Positions 1-13,427 of a DNA stretch of 64,000 bases are shown one piece after another. The notes beneath the pieces were generated by a model, which worked only from the letters and a program-made list of their open reading frames with translations, searched no databases and had not been told where the DNA came from. Position 1 is the first letter of the stretch. Each line of letters opens with the position of its first letter. The stretch is from Raillietiella orientalis (lineage: Eukaryota): positions 124,001-188,000 of the forward strand of contig JAYWIR010000082.1 in assembly GCA_036172245.1 (NCBI GenBank), read 5' to 3'. The translations under genes and the position numbers were made by a program.

Positions 1-1836
1 CTTTTGCACTATAATGATGGCATTTCGAAAGGTGAAATGCTGAAAAGACAGTAATGGTTTCCGATCACAAAAAGCAACTAAGATTTTAGGTGTTCCTGTA
101 AGAAGTCTTTTTCCTTTCCCCTTAAAAACATTTTTCCATTTTTGATTTCTATTATTTTCGTTTATGATGGTTTTGAATGTGAAGGGTTATTGCCGTCATC
201 ATTTTCAGGAGAAATACTTTTCGTTCGAATTTCTGTAACTGTATTGCATAAGGTTCTTGCTAAGTCGTCTGACGTAACTCCTGAAAGCATCTTAGAAATG
301 AAAATTTCACGTTTTGTTTTTCAAACAGATGCCACCAAACTGTCATCCATGAAACTGGAAAGAGATCACTGCTCGGGAGATGATTGGAGCAAAGGTCGCC
401 GGAGGGATAAGGTCATAAAAAAAAAGCTTAGCAATAGGGTGTACCGAAAAGGTCATAGTTGTGCTACTAACCTCATTTGAATATGCCTGGATCTCACACG
501 TAATTTCCGATACATATCTTTGATACTTTCGACATGTGTCACTTAAATGTACAGTGTAAATGGATTACATTGCAATTACCGGACTTGACTGATAGCAATC
601 ATTCATGTCAATTTTTAAGTCAAAATGCTGGGAATTAGTCAGAGAGAGTTGTTTTCTTTTTTTAGAATGATGCGAAACTGTAATGTCTCGTAACATTTCA
701 TATTGTCTACGAAGAGCGAAATCTTGAATAAACAACAGGCAGAGATCCATAGCTTCGAAAACAAGTTCATTCCCCTCCCCTCCCCTCCCCCCCATTTTTT
801 CATTTTAATGGAAGCAGAGATTCATACACAGAAGTATTAGTTACGTTACAGTAATGAAATTCAGCAGCCGTAAAAGAAATCAGGAACAATAAAAGATTGT
901 ATTAGCCAGACTGATGCGAGCCTTTCTCTTTCCTATGCATCATCGAAAGATGTGTTGTAAACATCAGGCTCGAAAGTCGATTTGCTGGTATTTAAAAAGC
1001 AGTTTCCCCCCCCCCCCATGTGTAAGGGTCTTCTGAGGAAAAGAGGTATAAGAGGACACTTTCCATTACAAATAAATACAAACTAAGGTGGCAGGAGTAT
1101 GGTTCCCACATACTGGAAATTGCATGGAACTTCCTTCGAGAAACTACTTGTGAGCCATAAGTTATTCGCGATCAGAGTATTGCGTTTGCTAATTTGCTTT
1201 CAGTAGCGTCATAGTTTTTATTTATTCGTTTGTTGATGGACAAGGATCTGGATATCTATGTTTCCCCTTTTTCTTTCTCTTCCTTCCTTTTTTTCTTCAA
1301 TCGTCCTCAAGTGTTTGAAAACCAATGAGAGTCAGACAACTGGAAACTAATCTTGAAAACGGAAACAACGACCCACAGCGATTACAGTTTCACGTTTTCG
1401 AAGTGCCTTTTGCTTTATTTTCATCATTTTGATGAACTCATTTAAATGATCGCTTTTAAAAGGTCATGGCTTAGCGTTCGACAAGTGGCACGATTTTGAG
1501 CAGCACCATATTCGTTTCCTGAATTTGTTTTTGTGTGCAATTTCTACTCTAAAAGGCCGGAGCAGGATGAGCCTTCACGGGCAGCCCCAGGATTTGCTCA
1601 ACGGTGGCGTCTTCCGCGTTAAGGAGGAGGATTGCTGCCTGCTTGTTGGATGACGAGTTTGTGCCGAAAAGCCGGATTCTTCTACGGGTTCCGTATGTTC
1701 CTGGAAGACCTAGAATCAATCTCCCTGACTGAGATGGATCCGCACTGATGCGTTAGGAAGTCATCAAAAGGGATAAAAGCAACGGTGGAGTTGGGTTAGT
1801 TCAACCTTGCATCCATCCATCAAGTTCTCCCTTCTC

Positions 1837-1864
1837 CCCCCCCCCCCCACACACACACACACAC
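1837..1864. repeat. poly-C tract followed by (CA)n microsatellite
   Basis: Read directly: a run of C followed by acacacacacacacac. Confidence 0.9.
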
Positions 1865-2404
1865 TAAGTGAATCTTGAGTAATAACATCGGATGTTGAGA
1901 ATAAAACGTCGGGGCAATTGCGAATTTAGACATGGAAGACACAAATAAGCAATGGCGAAGAGCTAACCTCGTAAAATCGGAATACAAATCCTTGTACAAA
2001 AATCTCAGTACAACGTATGCATGGCGAAAGGGAGTTTTCAGTATATGGGGATAACATGGAAAACAAAAAAGAAACGGTACTGGTGCTAAACTCAGACTCA
2101 GAACTATCAATACAGAAAATTCTTAGCATGTCATGAGGCACCAGATGACTTCAGTTCAGTGACCACGTGAGTTGTGAGATCGGGCACTAATCTATGTCAT
2201 TTTGCTTTTATTGCCTTCTTTCTTTCAAGAGTTCAATAAATCAGCCAATCAATCGGTTCTTAAATTACCGTGATTGCCGTTATGATTTCGCGAGCAATCC
2301 ATCAAAATCAAGCAAACTCTGTCATAGAATGACAGCAGACGCGCTTGCTTTTACATGCGTGCAATTTTTATCTGCAAAAGGGTTTGATTTCGTATCGCCA
2401 TTGG

Positions 2405-2615
2405 CTTCGTATTTTCGATTTGAAAGGTTCTGAAGGAATAGAATTCCGAGAACAAAGGGATGCGGGCTCGGAATCACTCCGAGTCGTAACCGGTCGTGGA
2501 ATCCGTTCTGCGGGGCAGAAGATTCGCAGCAGTCACTCTTGGGGCTGGTCAGAATGACTGGAAGCGCGCAATTTGAACAGCCAGCGGGAAACGAAGAGGT
2601 GGTCGTTGACGAATA
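2405..2615 (+). pseudogene. Decayed Smr (small MutS-related) domain fragment
   Basis: Adjacent frames give RIFDLKG...SLRVVTGRGIRSAGQKIR then (frameshift) FEQPAGNEEVVV. This matches the Smr motif order DLHG ... L.IITGRG.HS ... PGN.G.V.V, but it is frameshifted, with His positions substituted. Confidence 0.35.
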
Positions 2616-2768
2616 CGGAAAGGAAGCCCGTCGTTTTCTTCACTGGAATGCGAAAGCCTCGAATTCGCGATCAGGACAAAAAAATATGGGTGATCGAGAA
2701 TGCAGCTGTCGTATTCATCTACCACGGAAGGAACCTCAGGAAGTAGAAAAATCTACTTTTGTCAAAGA

Positions 2769-2791
2769 AAAAAAAAAAAAAAAAAAAAAAA
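2769..2791 (+). repeat. poly-A tract
   Basis: Run of more than 20 A, about 160 bp downstream of the Smr-like fragment. Confidence 0.9.
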
Positions 2792-4249
2792 CGAGCAGCA
2801 ACAGCAAAGTGAATTGGATTGGATAACTGCATCAAACAAACGAAAAAAATCGCGTAAACATTCCTGGAGCTTTCAGAAGACATTTCGAAAATCCATCCAC
2901 CTAGGTTGACCACACCCATGGTAGAACGATCGCGTGGATGACAAAGGCATCACGTCGATTGATTTCTTCGCGAATTTTCGGAAATCTTGCATCCCCGTGC
3001 TCTTGCGTACGAGCTTCTGGAGAATTCTCCAGTTTTCTATGACTCAATCGGGAGGAAGGGGAAAGCACTTCAATTGATGCAACGGTGCAACTCAATGGAC
3101 GGGAGACAGCGCTGCTACCCTTCGATTTTTCCAGCGGGTTGAAAACGACGAGAAGAAAAGTTTCCGGAAGAAAACTTTCGTTCTGGCTCCGAAAGGAAGG
3201 TTTCCCTGCTGGAAGTCAGAGGAGCGGCAGGTTGATACCCTGAACTCGAATTCTCCATGCCTATTAAGCGGTTCCCTTCTGGGTTGCTTGGACCCGCCCT
3301 GCAATCCCAGCATCTCCGTTCCGTCTAAAGATATTGCACGGGTTCGGAAACAACGAAATTCGGAGGAAACGCAGCGGAGCTGGCGGCAATCCCTTCCTCT
3401 TCGGCAAAGAGCTCGGGAACCATCACCAGATATAACGGTGCTTGGGTAGTGACAGTGATTGGTGACGGCTGGAGGCATTTAACGGAGTGGTGCCTTTCAG
3501 GAGGAGGAGGAGGGCAAGTGGAGACGAGGCCGCCGCCGTCGCTCCCTGTTCGCATCCGGCTCCTCTTCCCGCATTCCGTCCGCCCTGATCCGCCTCCTCC
3601 TCGATCCTAAGTGCTTCTGGAGAAGGAAGACTCGCCGACCGCAATTTCGCGTGTTGCGAGCTGGGCACCAGGCGAGAGAGGAGCATCTGCTCTCTGGTCT
3701 GCATCCGGCGCGACTAGCAGAATCCTGCCTCACGGTTCGCGCACGACTGAGGATCGTCGGAGGAGGTATCTATAGAGTCTTATAAACAGCAGCAGCAGCA
3801 CCAGTCGCTGCAGTTCCTGCGTATCTGTGTTCTTCCTCAAGGACCCCGGCTCCCCACACTACAAGGAGATGTTCCTCCATCCTGGATCTGAGAAGTGAGA
3901 GGCCGTTTTTTCCCTTCCTATTGGGGATTTCCTTTCATCAGAACAGGGAGGAATGAAGGAAGAGGGAGGGAGGAAGGGTGAAAGGGAAGAGGAGGAGTGC
4001 AGTGGCCATGAACGTACTGTAAGTATCGCTGGAAGGAGAGGAACGGGAAAGAAAGGGAAGGGTGTCAGAAGGTTCCCTGAGATCCTGCTCCTTTTTTCTC
4101 AAGGCAGGGGAACTTTTCTTATGCATACGCGCGCAGACGCTCCCGAATCTTTTCCTCCTTTCTTCCTCGAGACTCAGTAAAGGACGACTAAACCCTTGTC
4201 TAAGGAAAGGTCGCCGTCCGGGACCTCAGGACTAGGCAGGAAGAAGTCC

Positions 4250-7200
4250 TTGCATTTTTACCCCGGGCATCCCCGGTGGCTTTTCCCCTCTCCCCACTCC
4301 TTCCTGTCCTCCTCCACTGGAGTCCGCCGATCCTCTCCTCCTCGAGACGCGCGCGCACTCAACCCGACGTCCTGAGCAAGCGTGCAAACGTCCCGGCCAT
4401 CTTCACCCCCCTTCTCCTACCTTTTCATCGAATACCCGGAAGACCCCGCCTCCTCTGGTCTTGACCAACCGACTCGACCTCGTCGCAGACGCTCCTGGAG
4501 GGGCCACACCGAGACGCGTCCGCGGTGGGACCCTCTGCCTGCGGCTTTGAGTGGGATAGGGGAAGTCAAGCTAAGAAAGAGGAAGGGACTGGAGGGCTCA
4601 TTCATCCTCCGGAAGGGAGGGAGTGCAGAGGCTGGGAAGGAGGAATTCTTCCACCCCGGAAACTCCGGAAAGTTTCCGCGGCTTCGGTCCGTGGGATCTC
4701 CAGCTCAGCTCTTTTTTGGAGAGGTGAGTCCCCTCTCCCGGAACAGGAGAAAAGCGGACGAGGAAGTCCTTCTCTAGTCCCAAGGGACTCTGAGCAGTCC
4801 ATTTCTTCCTCTGGATGGAGAGGGGTGCACTCTTCCCGGAATCCTTCCACTCTATCCTCCAGGAATCATCCCCTGCCATAAGCGGCGAAGGCGCAACTTT
4901 TACTGCCTGTCGGCACCTTCATGGGGACGGGACCAGCTGCCCAGATTCCTCCTCCAGGATCATCCCCCTTTCGCTTCCCCTGTGCCGTCATCCTGGAGGG
5001 GTGAGGAGGTCGGGAACTCCTGGTAGGTGCGGTCCAGGGAAAAGGGGGGAAAGTGGAGGATGACTGCGACCCCAGCGCTGTCCGTGGAAACGAGCTGCAA
5101 GGGAGAGAGGGATGGGATGACCACAGCCGTAGCGCTCCCAACCTCCTTTCCCCCCCATTCGGATGATATTCTTTCGGGAACCCTGCCGTATCTCCGCTCC
5201 ATCAAGGGGAAGGGATCCTTCTTCGATTTCTTCCTCAGTAGACCGTGGACAAGGATCGCTCCAGGAGGGAGAAGAAAGGGAGCGACACGTGTCTACGGAG
5301 ATGTGGACTCTCGTGAACGAACTCTCCTGAGGGAGAAGGGCCGAAATCAGGAAAAGATTGGGGGAAGGATTCGTGCTTGGGGGGAGCATCTGCAGGACGA
5401 ATAGGGAAAGGAAATCTCCGTGTGCCGAAACCGGGGGCTCCCTGCACTTCCCTGCCTGACCCCAGACCTCCCGGAAGGAGCCGCTCCAGAAAGACACCGC
5501 GAGAGGAGTCGGGAGCGGAAGGGGGAAGGTAAGGTCTGTATCTCGGGAAGAGAGGAAGCAGAGCGTCCCAGGGGACGCAGGGACGTGCTGAGAAGCGTTC
5601 GCGAGGGGGGAGAAGGGAACGGCGGCGGGAGTCATTCCGATCTCCAGGCTTCCACCCCACCCGCGGAAGACGGGGGTGTGGAGAGAAGGAGGGTCAGGAG
5701 AAAGAGGAAGTACCCGACGCGGAGGATTCCGGCACGCTCGGGAGGATCTCGGGAGGCAGCCGTTACTCTGTAGTCCCCAGTCCCCAAACGGGGGCTGTCT
5801 CCCGGTTTCCGACGCCCCCACCCAAAAAACGCTCAGGAGACACCAATTCGCCATTCCCCTCCCCCGCGAAATCCTGAGACCCCACTGACACTTTCAAAGA
5901 ACGGAGGCTGTGGCTTCCTAGGAGATGTCGAGCAGTGGAGACTTTCCCTGCCCCTTCCCTCCTCCTCCTACCATCGGGGCGCGACGCGATTCGTTCCCGG
6001 CGCGCGTGGACGGGGGATGGCTGGGGACACGGCGCCTCCAGGGGCTGCCTCTGGGTCCTGGGAGCTCGGGGCACCCCCTAGCAGGGGCGTCAGTAGAATT
6101 CCGGAAGTCACATTCTCGGGGCGTGTCTCCTCCCTCTCTCTCCTACCATCTCCTCTGAGGCAGGCATTCGCCTTCTCAGCGGAGGGGCGGCCTCGGCGCC
6201 CAGGAGAGCGCAGGGTTGCCCCCGAGATACCGAGCGCCTCGCCATCCGCAGGCCCCGGAGGAAGAACCAGAGCAGACAAAGGGTTTAGGAGAGAAGAGGA
6301 GAGGGAAGGAAGCGAGGAGGAAAGGGGAGATGGAGGGGGAAGGAAAAGGGCCCGATGACCACGTGGCGCCGGCGCAGGGGGCAGGGGGAAAGCGAAAGTC
6401 GCATTCCGGCGGGGCGTCCGGACGCCCAGGAGCAGCTGACTCGACGAAAGAGGCTCCGCGAGGCTGGAGGTCACTCCTGGCTCCAGGGGAAGCAGCCGTC
6501 CTCCCACTTGTGGAGCGGGAGGCGAAAACTTTCCCGCAAGGGGAATGAAAGTCAACTGACCCACAAAGGCCACAAAGAGACGCTTTCACTTTCACGGGGG
6601 GTTCGCGGGAGGAGGGAGCGCCGCTTGCAGCGAGGCGGAGAACTCCCTCGGGACCCTGCGAAAGGGAAAGCGCGCGAGGGTCGGGCGAGACGAGGCGCGT
6701 CGTCTCCCCCGCGGATGGGAGTCCGGGTAGCTGAGATCTATTGGGGAAGGAAGAGAGGAGAAGGCAAAGGCAGGACGTAGAAGAAATCTCTCCCGGCGAG
6801 GAAGGGGATGGAGTGAAAAGGTCATCAGCGGCAGGATCGGTTCGAGGAGCAGGAAAATTTTCGGGGAGCTCTTCCTCCTCTGGTTACGCTCCGAAAGACG
6901 AGCGGGAGAGGAAAAGCGGTGGAAGATGCGCGTCTGCCCCCTCCTTCAGAAGGGGGGAGGGGGAGGAGTAAAAAGGCCGGCCACTCTAGTGAAACTTCTT
7001 GAACTTGCGGTTGCCGAGAAGGGATTTTCCAGCGCACTCTTGGAAGAACCCGCAGAGCGCAAGAATGCAAGGGAAAAGGGGGGGAGGCGCGGAGGCTCCC
7101 CCTTCCTCTTTTCTCCTGTTCTTTCCTCGCGCAATATCCTTGTACGAAACCTCCATCTGGAGTGGCCCCTGGGTGCTCAGGGCGTCGTCCACCACATGCC

Positions 7201-7520
7201 CAGAGTCCGCAACCGGCACCTCCTGAGACAAGCTCCAAAGCAAGCGGACGGCGACAGGAGTAGGTGGCAACTCTGCGGACTGCACTCTGACAACGATTTA
7301 GTCAGCGAAGTAGCCTCTGACGGATCTCAACTCGAGTCTGGTACCACTGGTTTGGTTCTCTTAGGTGATGCTCCCTGCGTTCCATCACGTTGCCATCCGA
7401 CTGCAGGACCCGTGGTTCCTCAGCCCGTTGCTTAACCGACGGGAATTCGTGACGGTTGCCTTCCAGGAGGGAAGGCGGGCGAGCATCCGGGAATGTTGCG
7501 GAAGCTGCAGAAGGAAATGG
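4250..7520 (-). mobile_element. Degenerate L1/Tx1-like LINE (ORF1 plus APE endonuclease part of ORF2)
   Basis: Minus-strand motifs in LINE order across shifting frames: RRM-like VLQSDGNVMERREHHLRE (~7400); decayed knuckle DSGHVVDD then SYKDIARG (~7200-7130); a long P/S-rich tract; then APE-like HISVDTCRSLSSP (~5300), SAGVAVILHF (~5070), LMAGD...IEWKDS...LGLEKD (~4880-4760). Boundaries approximate. Confidence 0.5.
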
Positions 7521-10500
7521 GATCCTCATGTCTCAGTTTTAAGAGAGCGGAACGAACTTCTGTGTTGCTTCTCTCTGTTGTTGCTGCTTCTGCTCCTTTC
7601 AGTCGAAGTTCGCTGCCTCTATGAAAGAAGGAGTCTGATACAGACGGGACTCAGAGGACATATAATTCTCCACCTGAGTTCCCCCAGACCAGAACTCTGG
7701 CTCCTTTTGAGATGACACCATCGAACCGGTCAAAGAGCGACCCTCCTCGAAGATCAGTGCCAAGAGGTTCTCGGACGAAGTCATAGCAAGAAAGCATTGT
7801 TGCAGGGAACAGCTGCTCGCGATGTGCACTCTCGAGGAGAAACTTCACGTTGCTAGGTGAGATCTCTGCTTCCCGCAGAGCTCTCTTTACATGGTGCTGA
7901 AAGAATGCATGGATTACAGGCATCAGGGAAAGAAAAAGTCCATGGAAGGAAACGGAGGTGCCTTGCCAGTGTGCTCACGAAGAAGGGGGGAGTCACCAGA
8001 AAGTCCGCGAAAGCGGCAGCCCCGAAGGCTCCTCAAGCTCAGCAACCGACCCGAAGCAACCGAGGCATTCCTTCCAAAACGCGCCGTCTCCAGTGTCCTG
8101 CCTCAGGCTGGCCAGCCGAAACGCCGTAACTAAGCGCGTGGGCCTATTTCGGCAGGGAAGAGATCGAACGAAGTTCCATCTCTGCATCTTCGTCTTCGGA
8201 AGCCGCTTCACGAGAGAGGGGCCGAGGATTTTTCTCGAAATCGGTTTGGTGACCTGGTCTTTTCCCTTCCTCAAATCTCAGCAACTCAAAAATAAATAAA
8301 TAAATAAAAATTTATAAATGAATGAGACGTAGAAGAATGTAGATGTCCGTCGGTGGGTGCAGAATCCCGAGAGGACGAATCTTCTCAGAGGAACTGAAGG
8401 GATAAGAACAGATGAGTGCATCATCCTTGTGCAAGAGCTCGAAACGTTCAGAAGTGGTCAAGAAGGGGAGACTCTCCCGAGTGGAAGGGAGATGGACCCT
8501 CTGAGCAAGGTCCATGACCTAGAAGGAAACGCTCGAACGTCGTGATCTCCGGGCTCAAGCAGGAAAAAGAATTTCTACTGAAGCGCGATCGTCAACGCTG
8601 CCAAGTGAAGAGTCTGCGCCTGAGCTGATCGTGTTTCGCCAAGCAAAGAGAAAATGCTTGAGTAAGCACTCTGAAAAGAGCTTATTTCAGAGACAGCGGA
8701 CTGGAGTTGCTGACGTGGATGCAAAGTCGGATAAGTAAGAGCAAGGGTCCTCTCGCCGCGGAACTGCGCCCATTTCACCGATTCCGCACCATTCTTGCTA
8801 CTGCCCCAGCTGCAACTTCCAGTCCTGCTGAGACAGCATCTAAATGGCCACGGGGAAAGAGAGACAAAAACGCGGCTTGTTGCAGTGATCGTGGAAGCCC
8901 TCAAGACGAAATGGTCGTGATGGGATGAAGGAGTTTCAATTCCACGCAGATGGGAACACCGAAGACTCATTCACACTTTCCGCTTTTCGGAATGGGAACT
9001 CATTGGAAACTCGGAGGCAGATCTCGGGAAAACCTTGTGATCAGAAGGCTATCAGTCTGACTCTTTGGATGCGATCATGGAACGAGAAAAGTTGGATGGA
9101 GTCAGGATCAGGGATAGGCACTCATCTCCACGAGAAAATCAGGATTGTATTTTCGGCTTCGTAAACGAAAAGGGAGGAGCAGAAGGATGGAGAAGGACTT
9201 CATCAGAACAACAACGGGGCATTTGCTTGCTTCAACAGCCATTCCTGGTTACGAAAGGCACTCGCATGGGCGGTTCGAAGCACGAGAAGGGCTTTTCGAG
9301 CTGAGATGGAAAAAATCATCGCGGATCCGGCTGACTTCTGTGTCCCCGTAAATGATCACATGAATCCTGTGCTCTGCTCATTCTCGCCCATGGCGTCTTC
9401 AGAGACTCAGGAAGTGGAGCAAATACATTTCAAACCAGGAATGATGCTTGGTTGCGTGGGGTTATTCAGAAAGAATGAAACCCACGGCAAGAACTCAGAA
9501 GACCAGAAATGACCAGGATCGAACGTGAAAGACAGTGGGTAACATAAACAAGTGAAATTCCAAACAGTTGAGCAGCTCATGGTGTACACGCAGACTGAGT
9601 TCCCGATTTCCATTCAAACTGCGCGACGTTTCCCAGGGGGGGTAGTTTTTCTGTTTACCTGCCGAACAGTAAATCGATCACTTAGTTACCTGAACGACAG
9701 GTACACATAAAGAGGACCAAGTTATCTTTAGTCATACTTGCATTATAAAAGTAGTGTGCTCTTGACAATGGCTTCAATAGAGGGCAGGAGGAGAGTGACG
9801 CTGCTTGCCATAGAAACAAAGCAACGCTTCCCGGGACGTTTGTTCGCAAAAAAGAATGTCTTTCTCTTCTTTAGCAGAGAGCCATCAAATTGCTTTCAAA
9901 AGCTCACCTTATTGTTTGCACTTGAGGGTTCCGTGCTCCAAAGACAAGGGAAATTAAGGCTCCTAGTTTTACAAGTGGGAATAAGAGTTCTGACCGAGTC
10001 CGCGCACGCCTTTAGCAGGGTACCCAATACGCTGCTATTCCACGAGAGCACAGTAACATATTCGTTCCCTGGTTTCGAAAGATGAAAACCTAGCAAAATT
10101 GCAACTTTGTTCAGATTTCAGGATGCGGGGGCTTGGCCCGAGAAAAATCCACGTTCTGATTCATTTGAATCCTGAATTTCCTTTCTTCACCGGAAGCTTT
10201 CCCGATATGGAAATGACACCTCTGTTCTCGCCTTTAACATCCCACTGTAGGGAGGCGGGATTTCATTCGGATGCCGAGAATCCGGATTATATGCATCATC
10301 ATTCTGGGAGTTTGTCTGTCCTGTTTCGTTTAGCTCTTCGTTAAGCTGCCTTGTTTTTCTGGATCAAGAGGCAGTTCAAAGAGAGACAACCTAAAATAAA
10401 CAGTCGAACAAGGTGAATGGAAATGAAAAAAGGGTTATCAAGCAGCTTATGATAAAGGCCTAACTAGGCAGCGAGTGGATGTTCCCTCTTTTATTTTGAA

Positions 10501-11114
10501 ATTCGACACTTGAGATGCTCAGTCTATGAGAAGATTGTAGTGCGATTTCAATTACGAGTCGAATTCAGAAAACAAAACGAAAGTTGAAACGAAAGCTGGA
10601 TGTGAATACCTTATGTTAAACCCCCAACATGAGCATCCTGTACATCACACCCCTTCCTCATTTCCCCTTCTTATTCTTCCTTTTTTTTCTTGTTTGATTC
10701 CTCCCGTATCTTATTTACAAATAGAACAAGCAAAAAAAGGTGGTACATGTTACTTCAATGGTACACGAAGGGCAGTGCGCTAATGATAAAATCGAAACTG
10801 TTGTTGAGCTCACTGAGTTGTATGGACATCATCATCTGGTTTCAAGTAGTTTAGTTTTCGTATTCTCTAAAATACAGAAGAATCTCCTCCTACTCACTAA
10901 AAGCAATGAAAGAAGCAGAACTTGGATTCTGAACTCCGTGAAAGAAGAGGAGGGGAGAATGCAAATTATGAAAGTGTAAAAAAAGTACCAGAAACAGTGG
11001 TGATCTTCCTTAAGGAAAGTAGCTGAAACGACATGGAAATGTCGCCAGCATGAATACGTAGAGAGCCAAACTAGGATGAAAAAGACTTAACGAAAAGAAA
11101 GGCATCACCACAAT

Positions 11115-11315
11115 AGACGCGAAAGGAAAGAAATAGAAGGAAGAAGCTGCTTCTGAAGTGGAGTTTTAAAAAAGAACATTAAAGCTTCCGATGGAGAGCC
11201 ATAATGCAATGAAGTTCTTTTCAGAAATTAAGGAGCAAGAAAAAACAACTATCTAAAAGTCAAAATGAGATGTGAAATATGAGAATTAGTAGAACCAATG
11301 CTGGTTTTCGGAAAA
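11115..11315 (+). repeat. Left arm of ~200 bp inverted repeat
   Basis: Reverse complement of 13227-13427. About 9 substitutions and no indels over ~200 bp by manual alignment. Confidence 0.95.
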
Positions 11316-13226
11316 GAGAAGCAAAAGTCATTTCACAGCTTTTGCTTTTTATATATATAACAAAAACGGCTGTAAAAAAACAATTAAATGATTCAAAGAC
11401 AACAACGGAGATGGAAAAGAAAAAAATCAACGAAGATGCCAATGACACAAACCTTCTCTAGTGTCTCTACTAGATAAAACTATTCTACGAAACATTTTCT
11501 TATCCTTGAATCTATTTCATTCGTCGAACAACAAAACCTTTCCTCAGCTGGACAATAAACCTTGGAAGCAAACGGCAGAGTCAGCAGCCTAAGGTTCTTA
11601 GTATTCATCATGAAGAAACTTGGTGCCTATAAGTGCCCGCGGCCTCGGTAGGCTGGTCACCATATTGAGCTGCAGAAAACAATAGCAAGCAAACGGCAGA
11701 TATTTCTAGGTTTCTAGGAACTTACAAGGAAAGACGCCATCTCATCTCATCTCGTTTCGTTGGTTTAACACTTTCGTTTTTTTTTTTTTTTTGTTTCATG
11801 TCTTCGGCAGTTTAAAAAAAATTCAAAGTCTATGTAAACGTAGCTAGCTGATCCAATGAGAATCATTTTTGAAAGAAAGAATTTGCGTATGGAAGATTCA
11901 GCTAACCAGAGAAATAAAGAAGCTGACGTACTCCGTTCAATTGAAATAGAAAAGTTGTTTAGTGGCAACAGCGTTGTGACTCAGAACAAGGAACAAACCT
12001 TCTAGAATAAATAAAAACCGAAAAGCACCGCCTTATCAGCACTGGAAAAAAAATCAACATAACGTCAAGATTCCTGACATTCTTTTTCGGAATAATCAGC
12101 CTTTCTCAGTGATGATGAAGAGGTCTGTTGGCTGTTAACTACATTGTGGTCAGTTTTTAATATCGCAATGAATAATACTTCAAGCTCACTTGCACTTTGC
12201 AATTACATCTCCTGTTAGATTCAGATACACTCCTTCACTGACATGCAGTCTTCAAAACACACTCTACTCTGCTGACGACAGAAGTATCTAATGGGCAGAT
12301 TCGCCTATTAGCAATGCATATTGAAGGAATTGTAGAAAAGGATTAGAACGAAGGGCATGTTCTATTTAAAAAGATGGAATGATAAAGAGGATCGGATAGA
12401 TAAGTGAAAATATATTTGCTGAGGTCACAGGTTTGGAAAGGAGTACTTGAAGTATATCACCAGGGAAGGTTTATCAGTTCTCTGAAAACTCATGTTCCAA
12501 CATTCTAAAAGCTACCTTCAAAAATATACAGAAAATATTTTGCAAAGTGCTTAATAATCTGCGTTATGAAACAATCACTTTGGACCGAAAAAATTTGTTC
12601 AAAATATCTTGAAACTAAAAACCAGCTTCAATGTCAGCATTTTTATTGTGAGATGCAGTTTTCAAGTAAAGTAATTTTTCAGTAAGTTTTCCGCTTAAGA
12701 CTATCTAATTTTTACCTCAACATTGCGCTCATAAGGCCTATTAGAAAATGGACTTACTAGAAAAATTTTTTGCAAACAAATGTCCCCTCATATGAAGAAT
12801 CACCGAATGACCTTCAGCATCTTTATCACTTGTGCAACACATAAGACAGCATTTCCAGGAGAGCAAAGATCACTGAGGGAAACTGCTGTTCACTGATTTT
12901 CTCACATCTCATTTGTTTTGCACTTTCCGTTATGTTTTTTTGCTCGTTTATCAGAAAAACAGCTCACGTATATAATCTTTGAAAACTTACACAGAGTCTA
13001 ATGGGATCTTGTTAGTTCCAGATTTCCGTATGAATACCTTTAAAAATCTTTCATGCATTTGTTTCATCTCAGTTTCGAGTATCCTAGATTCTGTGCCTTA
13101 ATCTTCAAAATCCCAGTAACGTCTCTTAAGCAGGTTTTCCGATAAATGCTACAAACCAAAACTGCCATCACAGTTCTTGAGAACATAAATTAAAATTTCT
13201 TTTCTTTCTTTTCTTGTCTTTTCTTT

Positions 13227-13427
13227 TTTTCCGAAAACCAGCATTGGTTCTACTAATTCTCAGATTTCACATCTCATTTTGACTTTTCGATAGTTGTTTT
13301 TTCTTGCTCCTTAATTTCTGAAAAAAACTTCATTGCATTATGGCTCTTCGTCGGAAACTTTAATGTTCTTTTTTAAAATTCCACTTCAGAAGCAGTTTCT
13401 TCCTTCTATTTCTTTCCTTTTGCGTCT
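13227..13427 (-). repeat. Right arm of ~200 bp inverted repeat
   Basis: Reverse complement of 11115-11315; spacer about 1.9 kb. Confidence 0.95.

Noticed and set aside
4988..5854. 288-aa ORF and neighbouring long ORFs as host genes
   Set aside because: Low-complexity GC-rich frames open on both strands; better explained by the LINE fossil.
7560..9520. Protein-like fragments (for example REAEISPSNVKFLLES; CSDRGSPQ resembling the integrase SDRGSQ motif)
   Set aside because: Short, frameshifted and without supporting motifs. It may be decayed coding DNA, but I cannot assign it.
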